This document shows positions 26,975 through 38,700 of a stretch of DNA of 64,000 nucleotides, piece after piece. The translations under genes were made by a program, and so were the position numbers. A model generated the notes under the pieces. It did no database searches, had not been told where the DNA came from, and saw nothing but the letters and a program-made list of their open reading frames with translations. The DNA lies in NCBI GenBank assembly GCA_013239625.1, contig MU054116.1:1-64000 (forward strand), read 5' to 3'. The stretch's first letter is position 1. Every line of letters begins with the position of its first letter. Source of the stretch: Lama guanicoe (lineage: Eukaryota).

Positions 26975-27195
26975 ACAGTGTGCTGGTGACTGTTTAACAA
27001 CCAATTCTCATAAAAAAATTCACAGACATATTATAAATTTTACTAATATAATTTACAAATAGTAAAACATACAATAAACTTCATAGCAAATTCTGTGTGC
27101 CCAAAGGATTTTCACAGAATGATTTCATTGATTTTTACCTCACTCATGTCCATAATCAACCTATGGTTGCCAATCAATCACAATTTGACAAATAG
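26975..27195. mobile_element. hAT DNA transposon fragment (MER63-like)
   Basis: cagtgtgctggtgactgtttaacaacca...aaattttactaatataa...ttgatttttacc...caacctatggttgc resembles a recalled MER63 end. Confidence 0.5.
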
Positions 27196-27219
27196 ATTTG
27201 AATTTGACACCACCATTCA

Positions 27220-28810
27220 AATGCACAATTATAGTCATAAGTTTCAATACACTCAATAACTGGTAGAAAAAGTTTTTTAAAAATTGTAAATATATGGAAG
27301 ACTTGAACAACCTTATCAAATGGACCTAATTTATATTTTTAGAATATTCCGCTCAATATTAAAAGAATACTCAATCTTTCCAATATCACACAAAACATTA
27401 TCTAATAGACCATACTCTGGGATACAAAAGGTCTCAAGAAATTTACAAGATTCAAGCCATACACTGAATGTTTACTGAACACTGTGCAATTAGAAGTCAA
27501 TATGGAAAACTATGTGGAAAATTCACTAATATTTGAAAAAAAATAATATGTTACTATGTAATCTATGGGCTAAAGGAAACCAAAGAAAAATTAAAATACA
27601 GTTTAAACAAACTGAACGTGAAATTATAACATATCAAAAATTTTAGAATGCAGCTAAAGCATTATTTACTTTTTAAGATTCTTAATTTGAATTTAAGATT
27701 CTAAAATTATACTGGAAAAGAAGGAAAGTCTCAATCAATGGCCTCACCTTCCACCTCTACAAACTAGAAAAATAAGAGACTAAATCTAACTCAGAGTAAC
27801 CAGATGAAAGGGAATAATAAGGATCAGTGTGGAAATCAATGAAACAGGAAACAGAAAAGTAAATAAGAAAATATCAGTAAAAACAAAACCGAGTTCTTTG
27901 AGAATATCATTAAAACTGATAAATTTCTAGATGAGGAAAAATACAAAGATACAAATTACCAATATCAATGAAGAGTAACTTTGTATCACTGATATTTTAT
28001 ACTTATTGAATGGATAACATGGAGATTTTGAACAATTTTAGGCCTATTAATTAAAAAATGTAAATGAAATGGGAAAATTTCTTGAAAGACATAATAAAAG
28101 CTCACTCAAGAAAAACAATAGGTATAATTGGCCTATACGTATTGCAGAAATTGAACTTACAATTAAGAAACACTCTACAAAGAAAACTCCACATTCACTG
28201 GTAAATGCTACAAAATATTAAAGGAAGTAATACTGTAATTGCTCACAAATTCTCCCAGAATATATTAGAATAAGGAATGGTTTCCCACTTATCCTTCGAG
28301 GACAGAATTATCCTGAGAGCAAAACCAGAAAATAGACATTATTAGGAAAAAATAGTGGCTAATCTTACTCATGAATATAGTTGAAATACTTAAAAGCAAA
28401 TGGCAAATAAGTCTAATAATGTGTAAGAGTTTAATTCATTTTAGTCAACTAGAGTTCATCTCAACAGTTGCAGGAAAACAACTGAAAATGTTTAACATGC
28501 CTATCTGACAAAACTCTCAGCAAGTAGATCTAATAAATGGGAAATAGCAAAGGACATATAAAATATAGTGAAAGAGAAAAAGAAACTATAGCTAACATCT
28601 TACTTCACTGTGAAAACCTCAAGCATCTCAACCTAAGAAAAACAATAAGTCAGGATGTTCACTCTTACTACTTCTACTTAACATTGTACTGTAGATTCTA
28701 ATTTATGTAATAAAGTAAAAAATAAAAAAAAATAAAAGCATTCATATTGGAAAGGAAAACATAAAACTGATTTTATTTACCAACAATGTAAGCACCTTCA
28801 CAGAAAACTC
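27220..28810 (+). mobile_element. Degraded old LINE-1 ORF2 (EN to RT)
   Basis: gaagacttgaacaac, tagaccatactctggg, gaatgcagctaaagca, ggaaatcaatgaaacagg, cttctacttaacattgtact, atattggaaaggaa in collinear order. No open frame. Confidence 0.75.
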
Positions 28811-28814
28811 TATT

Positions 28815-29890
28815 GACTTCCTGTTTCAGCTCCAACATGTAAAGAGCTTGAAAAGTGTAACCTCTGCTTTATGAAAAGAAAAAGGTGAAAAACTCAGTAT
28901 TAATAACTTCATTTGGCTCCATCAGAGAAGTAAAGTTGCTGGGTAAATCGCACCCTGAAATCTGGAGAAACAGGAAATCCAGAATCACAGTTGAGATCTA
29001 CTTGCTCAGAACATGTTACTAAAACCTTAAGTGGGTAGGAACACTACAATAGTAATTGTGAAAAATTACTGGAACTGAGCACTTACTGCATGAAAGGAAG
29101 AATTACCTAAGGATTATCATAGAAAGGGGATCCCCACCAGGTTCTTAAGGAGAAGATCTGAGAAAAGTCTCATCCTGGTTCAGGCAAGAAAGGGAAAGAG
29201 TAACCGTTCTGAAACAACCTCAGAATATTCTTCACACAGAGGTCTATACCAATGGAAAAGATTTTACCAGAAACATTTATGAAGGCCCAGAAACACAAGC
29301 CCACTAAAAAACTAAGACTTAATCATAGGATCATAGAATGCTCTCCTCCTGCCACAACTTAGAACCACACCAACAAAAATCAAAGTATCTCACCCAAAAC
29401 ACTTAATAATTTCAGAGGGAAATCTTTAGGATGGAGATCTAGGAGATATCCATTAACCAAGTTTAACAAAGTTAATATCAGTAATAAGATTTACAGATAT
29501 CATATATCTGACAAACAAAATTGGGATGCATTCTACAAAATACTTGATCAATACTCTTCAAATACATTAACGTCATGAAAAACAAGGGAAGAATTAGGAA
29601 CTTTCACAGGTTGGGAAAAGCTGAGGAACATGATCTCCAATACAATGAAGGATTAAGGATCTGATCCTCATCAGATAAAGGGTATTGATCGAAAAACTGA
29701 CAAAATCCAAGTTAAGTCTGTAATTTAATTATTAATATCATACCAAAATTAATTTCTTAGTTTTGATAATATTCTATGGTTAAATAAGATGCTGTACTTA
29801 GAGGAAGATGAGTAAAATATATGAAGAAATTCTGTACTATTTTTGTGAGTCTTTTAAAACTAAAATTGTTGTAAAATAAAGGCTCTTTAA
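28815..29890 (+). mobile_element. Old LINE-1 5' UTR-like fragment followed by an L1MC/ME-like 3' end
   Basis: gacttcctgtttcagctccaacatgtaaagagcttg start. 3' part aattaatttcttagttttgataat...aattctgtactatttttg. Confidence 0.5.
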
Positions 29891-29984
29891 AATCTGGTGC
29901 CTAATCCCATCTTCCTAAATGCAAGAAACATTCTACTAGCCATGGATAACCTCACAAAATGGATTGTGCACCTCCCTCTTATTC

Positions 29985-30733
29985 AAAGTCATGTCGGTTG
30001 ATTCCTTATCCACTCATCCATCAATGTACACCTAGGTTGTTACAATGCTTGGCTAAATGTAAATAATGCTGCAATAAACACAGGAGTGCAGGTATCTTTT
30101 CAAGTTAGTGTTTTTATTTTCTTCAGATAAATATCTAGAAATGGAATTGCTGGATGGTATGGTAGTTCTATTTTTAGCTTTTGAAGACTTTCCATACGGT
30201 TTTCCATAGAGGTTGCATCAATTTACATTCCTACCAACAGTGCACAAGAGTTCTCTATTCTCTACATCCTCTCCAATAATGGTTATTTCTTATCTTGTTG
30301 ATAATAGCCATTCTAACAAAGTATGAGGTGACATCTCATTGTGGTTTTGATTTACATTCCCTATTGATTAGTGATACTGAGCACTTTTTCATGTACCTGT
30401 TGGCCATGTGTATGTGTTCTTTGGAAAAATGTCTATTAAGATCTTCTGCCCATTTTTAATTTGGATTTGTTTGTTTTTTGGTATTCAGTTGTGTAAGTTT
30501 TTCATATATTTTGGATATTGACCCCTTATCAGGTATAAGGTTTGCAAATATCTTCTCCCATTCTGTAGGTTGCCTTCATTTCGTTGACTGGTTATTTTGC
30601 TGTGCAGAAGCATTTTAGTTTGATATCGTCTCACTTGTTTATTTCTGTTTTTCTTGCTCTGCCAAAAAAGTGTTGCCAAGACCAATGCCAAGGAGCTTTT
30701 CCCCTGTTTTCTTCCTTTTCTTTTATGACTCAT
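29985..30733 (-). mobile_element. LINE-1 ORF2 3' fragment, antisense
   Basis: ggaattgctggatggtatggtagttctattttt...atttacattcctaccaacagtgcacaagagtt...tctcattgtggttttgattt...tttgcaaatatcttctcccattctgtaggttgcc. Confidence 0.85.
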
Positions 30734-31592
30734 TTGTGAAAAAGTGACTTTAAAATAATGGACAAAAATATTCTTTCCAAGAGCTTTTTTTTTTCAGAGA
30801 TTCAGTTCTGTACCCTTTCTTTAATGTGGAAAGGAGAGGAGAGGAGAGGAAAAAGAAAAAATTTAAATTCAGTCAAATATCACTGAGTATATCCACTCTT
30901 CAAAGATTAGAGATTTCCTGGTTGATACTGGTGTAAGAGTAAGATAACTCCTTCAGAGAAACTCATACTATTAGGTTTTATATTGTCTTTACCATTGCCT
31001 CATAATAGAGCACTATTTACCAAAAGCATTACTTCTAGCCTACAAATCCTCCCTATTATGCAAAGTAACAGCTATTATTTTTAGCTTTGAGTTTCACTGT
31101 AGAGTACAGACCACGTAGTCTGGCATCCCCATGACACTATTAATTGAAGCCTGGAATCCACTATGCTAATGACCTACTATAATTAAAGTATAGCATACCC
31201 AATCTTGGATCATATAGTTAATCTATTCTAAATTCAAGTATGCAACTATTTATTTTAAGAAATCTGTAATACTTTGTTAAATTTCTCAACTAAAAACGCA
31301 TGGCCTTCCCTAAAGAGAAAGTCAGTTGTGCTCAACAAAATACTTCTTCGTTGTTTGTACTATAGAACCACCTAGATTACGATTTCTTCTGAGTCCTAAT
31401 TAAATTTTGACCTCATATGCATGTTTTCTCACTGAAATTTGCAAGAAAGCCAATGACAGTCTTTCTTCATTTAAAATAATAATCAGAAAAATAATTTGAA
31501 AAATAAGGAAGAGATAATGTTTCCATCCGTTTTTCCCTTTGTTCCATGGAAAGTTCAATATTATAGGTAGAATTCTAAATCCCTCCAATACT

Positions 31593-31618
31593 TAATGGCT
31601 CCCAAGGGAACTCAATTA
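31593..31618 (+). promoter_or_regulatory. Candidate homeodomain (Lhx2-type) + O/E (EBF) composite site, about 2.3 kb upstream of the OR6C65-like locus
   Basis: TAATGG-C-TCCCAAGGGA-ACT-CAATTA: a consensus TCCCnnGGGA flanked on both sides by TAAT cores. Confidence 0.55.
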
Positions 31619-32794
31619 AAAAGTGTCACTAAAATTAATTGCATTGTAGATGTACTAGTTTTCCTGTCTCCAGAGAGGTTTCTTTCATGTTTCCATCAAA
31701 AGAAAACTCTTCTGTTAACATTATACTCAAAAATATATAAAATGTGTCTGTTTCTTTTGGAGAAAACCTTTTTGGAAAATCTGTATCACTGAGCAGTATG
31801 AGAAAAGTCATGAAATACATGACATTTAAAATCCAAAACAAAATATTTTTGCAAGTTTGCTCACTGGATTTTTCTCAACCTCAAAGATTAAGTATTTGAC
31901 TGAGAAAAGGATGGTTTATGATAAAGAAAATCTGAATAAAATCTTTACATTTTAAATAGTGAATGCAGAAATGTGAATTAGTTTTATAAAATGTGTAAAA
32001 ATGAGGGAAGCCTTTCCTAAGAAATTATGTTGCTCTTATTATAGATAATTAGAAAAATATTTATGTTTAAGCTATGCCTCAGATCCATCAAGGACTCTCA
32101 TAAATGTGAGTATGTTTCTTCTTTATCCACATCTTTAATTATCTTTCTAAATCATGCAACTCTAACAATTGCTCTCTTTGAATCGTAGCATGAGGGCATT
32201 TTGTCAATTCTTGCATTATTTTCTCTGCCTATAGCATCCTAAATTTGTCACAGCCGAGCTTATAAATGTATCATAAGCTGCATTCTGCCTCAGGAGGGAG
32301 CCAGGTAGCATATTTTTAGCCAAATCTAAACGTGTGTGACCAAATATAATTACACCAGCCACAGGATCCATTAACCCACACTTTTGTCATCTGCACATTC
32401 CTATTAACACACACTTTGAGTCTGTTATTAAATCAGACTACCCTCATAGTTCATCCAATTACAACCAATCTGGTTTCTCTCTTTTTAGTACTAGTAGCAG
32501 CATATCACTACACAGATAAATACCTTTCAAGATATTGAGCATCTACCTCACTGGGATCCCAAAATTCTCCTTAGCAAAAGTTCCCATTGTTGACACACAT
32601 GGATATTCATATCTTTATCTTTCAGGACTGACTGTTTCAGAATAATTGATATATGAATGCAGAGCTAAATACATCCAGCTAAAGAAATCTCTGGGTTTTG
32701 AAGCCAATTCAAATCTGGGCTGCATACACATTATTTCGTCATTAATTTGTTCTTTAATTCATTAAAGAAATTGAATAAGAACCAGTGTGAAAAC

Positions 32795-32960
32795 ATGAGG
32801 AATGGTGCAGTAGAAGACAGACATGGAAGCTAACCTATCTGTATATACCTCTTATGTGACCTCAGGTAACCCTTCTGCACAATTTCCTCATCTGCAAAAT
32901 GAGCCTCTTAATAGGACCTACCAAAGGCGTTTTTAGTCACAGGGTAAAAGGCTATTTAGA
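32795..32960 (+). mobile_element. MIR SINE
   Basis: tgtgacctcaggtaac...aatttcctcatctgcaaaatgag...taataggacctacc core. Confidence 0.7.
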
Positions 32961-32987
32961 TCTTTACTATAATATTAATAATATGGA

Positions 32988-33015
32988 TAATAATAATAAC
33001 AATAATAATAATAAA
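32988..33015. repeat. (AAT)n microsatellite, imperfect
   Basis: taataataataacaataataataataaa. Confidence 0.85.
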
Positions 33016-33912
33016 AATGCATTATATTTTCATATGATTAATTATTGCTATTATTGCTGCTATTATCTTTCTTCCAATATACTTTCTTTCCCTATCACAT
33101 CCTCAAAAACTAGTCTGATAAACAATGAAGTTACCAGATTATTATTATTTTTGAAAGCAGAGCTTGATAAAGGCTGTTATGCAATAACTTCCTGAAATAA
33201 TTAATCTTAAAGAAAGTAGTATGATCTTTCATTGTTGACATGATTGATTATATTTAAGGAATCCAACTGGAATTTTTATCCTATGACTTTATTTATTGAT
33301 AAGGGTTGGCATTGTACTTATGCCACCTTTAGTCAGAGGAGTGAGTAGAGTCAAGTTGGGATAAAGCAAAAGGGAATTAATTTCAATGAACTGTCCATAA
33401 ATATGGTATTTTCTGTTCAAATTTTTACTATGAGTAGAAACCAAAACCTACAAAAAGACCGCATCCTGATTCAAAAGTAAGTTTTCCAACAGCAAAATTA
33501 GCATACAGAATTTTATGGGCATTAAGTCTTCAAAAATACTATTTATTCGATATGTATTAATCTTCCCAATGAAGTAAACTAAGTATTTATCATTATTACC
33601 TACTTTTATGACTGTAAAAAAACAACTTTATGTATGTTAAGTAAGTAATCAAAAATACACAGCAGAGAATTATCAAAGCTGAGATTAAACTCTTGAGTTT
33701 TTGAAGTAATAAAACATTAATTTTTCCACATTAAATAAATTCCAATATGAGTTTGCAATTCTGACGGATAAGTACTTTGTCACTTCACATTACTGTATGC
33801 TTTATTGTTCTTTGTGTAGAATAAGAGCACTACAAATGTATTTGAGATCACACCGGGAGTTGATACCCACTCTTATTTTTACCTACAGACCTGCAGAATC
33901 CAGAATTTAGTC

Positions 33913-34865
33913 ATGCCAAATAAAACATCCATTAGAGAATTCATTCTTCTGGGACTTACAGATGACCCAGAATTACAAGCTGTGATATTCTTCTTTATGT
34001 TGTTCACCTACTTACTGAGTGTAAGTGGAAACATGACCATCATCATGTTAACACTGTCAAACGTCTGTTTGAAGACTCCCATGTATTTCTTCCTCAGCAA
34101 TTTCTCCTTCTTAGAAATTTCATTCACAACAGTCTGTATTCCTAGGTTTCTGATCAGCATCGCTACAGGAGACACAAGCATTTCCTATAATGCTTGCGTG
34201 ACACAAGTATTTTTTTTAATCCTTCTCGGCTCGACAGAGTTTTTTCTTCTGGCTGTGATGTCTTATGATCGCTACGTGGCCATCTGCAAACCTCTGCATT
34301 ACACAACTATCATGAGTAACAAAGTCTGCAACCAGCTTGTAATCAGCTCCTGGCTGGCTGGTTTCCTCATTATCTTTCCCCCAGTGATAATGGGCCTCCA
34401 ACTAGATTTCTGTGACTCCAACATCATTGACCACTTCATCTGTGACTCTTCTCCTATGCTGCTGATCGCCTGCACAGACACAAAGTTTCTAGAGCTTCTG
34501 GCATTTTTCTTAGCAGTATTCACACTCATGGTAACTCTGGCCTTGGTGATTCTCTCATACACACTCATTCTTAGAACAATTCTGGAGATCCCCTCTGCCC
34601 AGCAAAGGAAAAAGGCATTTTCTACTTGTTCCTCCCATATGATTGTGGTTTCCATTCTTATGGGAGTTGCATTTTCATGTATGTAAAAACATCTGCAAAA
34701 GATGGTGTGGCTTTCAGGAAAGGGGTAGCGGTACTCAATACCTCTGTTGCTCCCATGCTCAGTCCCTTCATTTACACCTTAAGGAACCAGCAGGTAAAAC
34801 AGGCCCTTCGGGATTTTACCAAAAAAATGCTATTATCAAGGCACTCATCATCATGTAATCTGTAG
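33913..34865 (+). pseudogene. OR6C65: OR6C65-like olfactory receptor pseudogene (1-bp frameshift in TM6)
   Basis: [14 protein letters not shown]...[14 protein letters not shown] resembles recalled human OR6C65. At 34651-34660 tccattctta has one T fewer than paralogue tccatttctta, giving a premature TAA at 34684-34686. The missing C-terminus ([14 protein letters not shown]...[12 protein letters not shown]) continues in another frame to 34865. Confidence 0.88.
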
Positions 34866-36730
34866 CTAAAACCACAGATGAACCACATATAAATACAAAT
34901 CATTGTTCTAGGTGGTAGGTATACAGAAGGGAATAAAAATAAAGCACACAAAACTCTTGCTATCCTAGATCTTACTTCTAGTTAGAGAACACACACATTA
35001 AACAGCCAACATAATAGAAAAGTAAATTATCTAGGATTTTCGTTAAGTGAAAATGCTATGAACAAAACTGAAATACTTTAGGGAAAGGAGGGTAGAATTC
35101 AAATTAAATAGGGTGGTCAAACATTTCACTTTGTCATTTTATAGCTCCTTTTTAATTTCATTTTTCTACCTCTAATAAAAGTATTTCTCTGTATTCATTA
35201 CCTTTTTTTCCCCCTGTAATTTTCCCAGGTCCATGTTTCATCTATTTCACACATGTCAAACATGGGGAGATTGTGCGGTGTCACTTTTCTTTGAAAAGAT
35301 AACTAGAAAGCTCTGGATAGCCTACTCAAATCCTAAATGAAAATAAATGGTCCAAAATAAAATTCATGGCAACCCACTGGTAATGAATGGTATGGAACCT
35401 AACTTCAAGGCTTAGAAAACCATGCTTTATGACTATTTCTATCAAAGGGTTCTGTCCCCCCCCTACTCTTACTTCCTTATTCTACTTGAGTCAGATATTC
35501 AGAATCTGTAAAGGGAAAAACTGATAAGCAATTATCTTCTACTGGGAGGATGGGGTACTTCAAGCTGTCCAGGTCACTTTCCTCCATCTATGCTTCATCA
35601 GTTCTATTTCTCTATATCTGTCCAGGTTACACACTTCCTATTAAACAATAAACAGGAATCGCTACTAATTATTAATTATAAGTGGTTATTAAGAAATTAT
35701 TAATTACTAATTATTAGGAATGACTGCTTTTACACTACATGCAGTGACTTTTTTTGACATACCATATTATCAGAAAACTTTCACTATTAAATAGAGAGAG
35801 GTGGGTAATCACAAGATCTCAGTCCATGAAACTACTGCAAATCACTGCAGGATATTTACACACCTATTTAACATGCACATAAGGATCAGACAGCACAATT
35901 TTATTGGTACTCAAGTAAATAAGAAAATTCAAAGGCAACTCATGTATCTTGGTTGTTTTCAAACAATCACTCTAAGTAGCTCATGCTATTTAAATAGGAA
36001 GAATGAAAATGTTAGATTAAATATGAAAATCAGTACCCTGAAAATTAAAAACAAAAAATTCAATATGTGAAAAACCTGAAGAAAATAAAGATGATATGAA
36101 ATTAATAAAAAATTAAGAAAACAGTAAGATGAAAATAGAAGTTAACACTAAAAAAAACTTTGAAATTCTAGTATCATTTAAAAGGTTTAGGTAAACAAAA
36201 ATATTATAAGGTTATAACATTCTAAATGCTGACAAAACAGTAATATTGTATAATTGTATGATACTAGTATAATTATGGTACTATGTGCAATTATATAAAA
36301 TACATTCTTGACATTTTTAGGATGTAGCATTATTAGCAAATATTCATGACAATGAATGATCTGAATATATATTTTCATTATGAAAGTAGTTACAGAAAAA
36401 AAATACAAAGTTTGAAGAGCTGTGGCTCCAAAACATTCCCAAGACTTGTTAATATCTCATTAGGTGCATAAACTTTACATAAACCATTTAAAGTTTGTGT
36501 GTGCGTGATTCCACAAATTCTAGTTTATTAATGTGTGGCAGAGTTCACTTACCAGAGCACAGTGGAAGGAACTAAAAATCCTAGTAAAATGAAAAACTAG
36601 GCTCGATGCTTTATATAAGTTTTGACTTTTGACACTTAAAAACAGATTCTGTAATGCTTTATTTTTGTAGAACATTGGTGTGGGGGTATCATTTTTAAAT
36701 GATTGAGAGGAGTTAAAAATAATTTTCTAG

Positions 36731-37271
36731 GAAATCTACTTCAGGATGACACCTGCACTCCAATGTTCATAGCAGCACTATTTACAATAGCCGAAACATG
36801 GAAACAGCCTAAATGTCCATCAATAGGTGACTGGATAAAGAAGATGTGGTATATTTATATAATGGAATACTACTCAGCCATAAAAACCGACAACATAATG
36901 CCATTTGCAGCAACATGGATGCTCCTAGAGAATGTCATTCTAAGTGAAGTAAGCCAGAAAGAGAAAGAAAAATACCATATGAGATCGCTCATATGTGGAA
37001 TCTAAAGACTCATGGACAGAGAATACAGACTTGTGGTTACCAGGGGGGTAGAGGGTGGGAAGGGATAGACTAGGATTTCAAAATAGTAGAATAGATAAAC
37101 AAGATTACACTGTATAGCACAGGGAAATATACACAAAATGTTATGATAAATCACAGAGAAAAAAATGTGACAATGAGTGTGTATATGTCCATGAATGACT
37201 GAAAAATTGTGCTGAACACTGGAATTTGACACAACATTGTAAAATGATTATAAATCAATAAAAAATGTTAA
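36731..37271 (+). mobile_element. Young 5'-truncated LINE-1 with 16-bp TSD
   Basis: Open ORF2 C-terminus (DTCTPMFIAALFTIA...MRSLICGI*), 3' UTR and A tail. TSD AAAAATAATTTTCTAG at 36715-36730 and 37272-37287, at a TT/AAAA endonuclease site. Confidence 0.95.
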
Positions 37272-37549
37272 AAAAATAATTTTCTAGTCTCAAGGATCAA
37301 AGTAACTGTAAGTGTTTAGAATAACAGAATTTTCCATTTAGAGGGGATTATAGATATATTCTCTTTCAGGGATAACAAAAGAGACATGATGCGACCCTCC
37401 CTTCCCTATGGCTATGGCAAATAGTTGCAAATAGTTTGCATAATTATTTCCTGAAGAATGAAGCTATGACCTCAGAATCCTTCTCAACAACAGTGCCAAC
37501 ATCATAAGAGCCATCAATGAGATGAGATTTATTTCTACTCTTGATATAG

Positions 37550-37685
37550 TCCAACTTTCTCACTTGTGAGATAAAGAAAGTGAAACCCAGAAAGGGGAGG
37601 GACTTCTCCCAGGGGGACTCAGTGAATCAGTGCAAATGTAGATCTACATCCCAATTCAGTTAACTTTCTATACACCATGCTGCCT
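37550..37685 (-). mobile_element. MIR SINE
   Basis: ctcacttgtgagataaagaaagtgaaacccagaaaggggagggacttctcccaggg is the antisense MIR core. Confidence 0.65.
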
Positions 37686-38194
37686 ACCAATTTCTTCCTT
37701 GCCTGGTCATGGCTCCTAAAATAATTTATGCTTTCCATACAAATCATACATGCCAAAAATTAGGAGCATTTTATAGTAGCACCTAGAACATCAAACCCAG
37801 CAAGAAGATGCAAGGTATATAATTTCCCCCAAGTTGACATAAGAGCATCCCTCTCCCAGGTACCATGAAATGTTTTCTGACAGCCAATCATTATCTTAAA
37901 CTCATCAGGCTTTTTCTTGGTTATCAGCCTTATTCTCAATTCTCTGACGTGGCTTCACAGGGCACAGCTGGCAAGAATCTAACAGAAAAATGAGCTTTGC
38001 TGAAAGCTCTTCAGGCATCAGACATCCCCTGCCTAACGCTGCTTATGCCTCAAGGTTGCGCAGATAAAGCTTGGAGCTGCTGGAGATGCACAGTAGGGGT
38101 TCTAAATGTTTTAATGCCTCCTCTCTCTTCCTTTCAGTGCAGCTGTTTGTAGAGTCTCCCAGAGGAGAACAGGAGAGGGGCCCCTTTTGCAAAA

Positions 38195-38700
38195 TCGTGA
38201 TAAGAACCCTTAACATAAGATCTACCTTCTCACAATACACTACTGTCAATTGTAGGTACAAGGCTGTCTAGGAGATCTCCTCCCTGGTATTAAAATTAGA
38301 ATAATGTCTCTGAGGTTCATTGATAATGCAGCATGTGTCAACATTTCCCTCTCTTTTTACGGCTGAATACCATTGCATTGTATTGTATACCACATTTTCT
38401 TTATCCATTCATTTATAAGTAAACATTTAGATTTGTTGCCATATTTTTGCTACTGGGAATTAGGCTGCAGTGAACATGGGAGTGCAGACACTTCTTTGAG
38501 ATTCTGACTTCAATTCCTTGGGGTAATATACTCCAGAAGCAGAATTGCTGGACTGTACGATAACACTGTTTATCATGTAAGAAAACAACGTACTGTTATC
38601 CATAGCGATTTTACATTTCCATATTACTTTACATTCCCACAAGCAATGCACAAGGATTCCAATTTGGGCTCATTCTCCTCCATGCTAGTTATTTTCTGTT
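38195..38700 (-). mobile_element. LINE-1 3' fragment (L1MA/MB-like), antisense
   Basis: cttaacataagatctacc...ggctgaataccattgcattgt...gctgcagtgaacatgggagtgcagacac...gaattgctgga. Confidence 0.8.

Noticed and set aside
24870..34480. Recent gene conversion between the 24.5-kb OR and OR6C65-like (identical peptide [32 protein letters not shown])
   Set aside because: Many synonymous positions differ across the tract, which fits old duplication plus purifying selection rather than recent conversion.
37607..37618. O/E-like TCCCAGGGGGA upstream of OR6C76-like
   Set aside because: It falls in a MIR core position (cttgcccaagg-derived). No additional support for exaptation.
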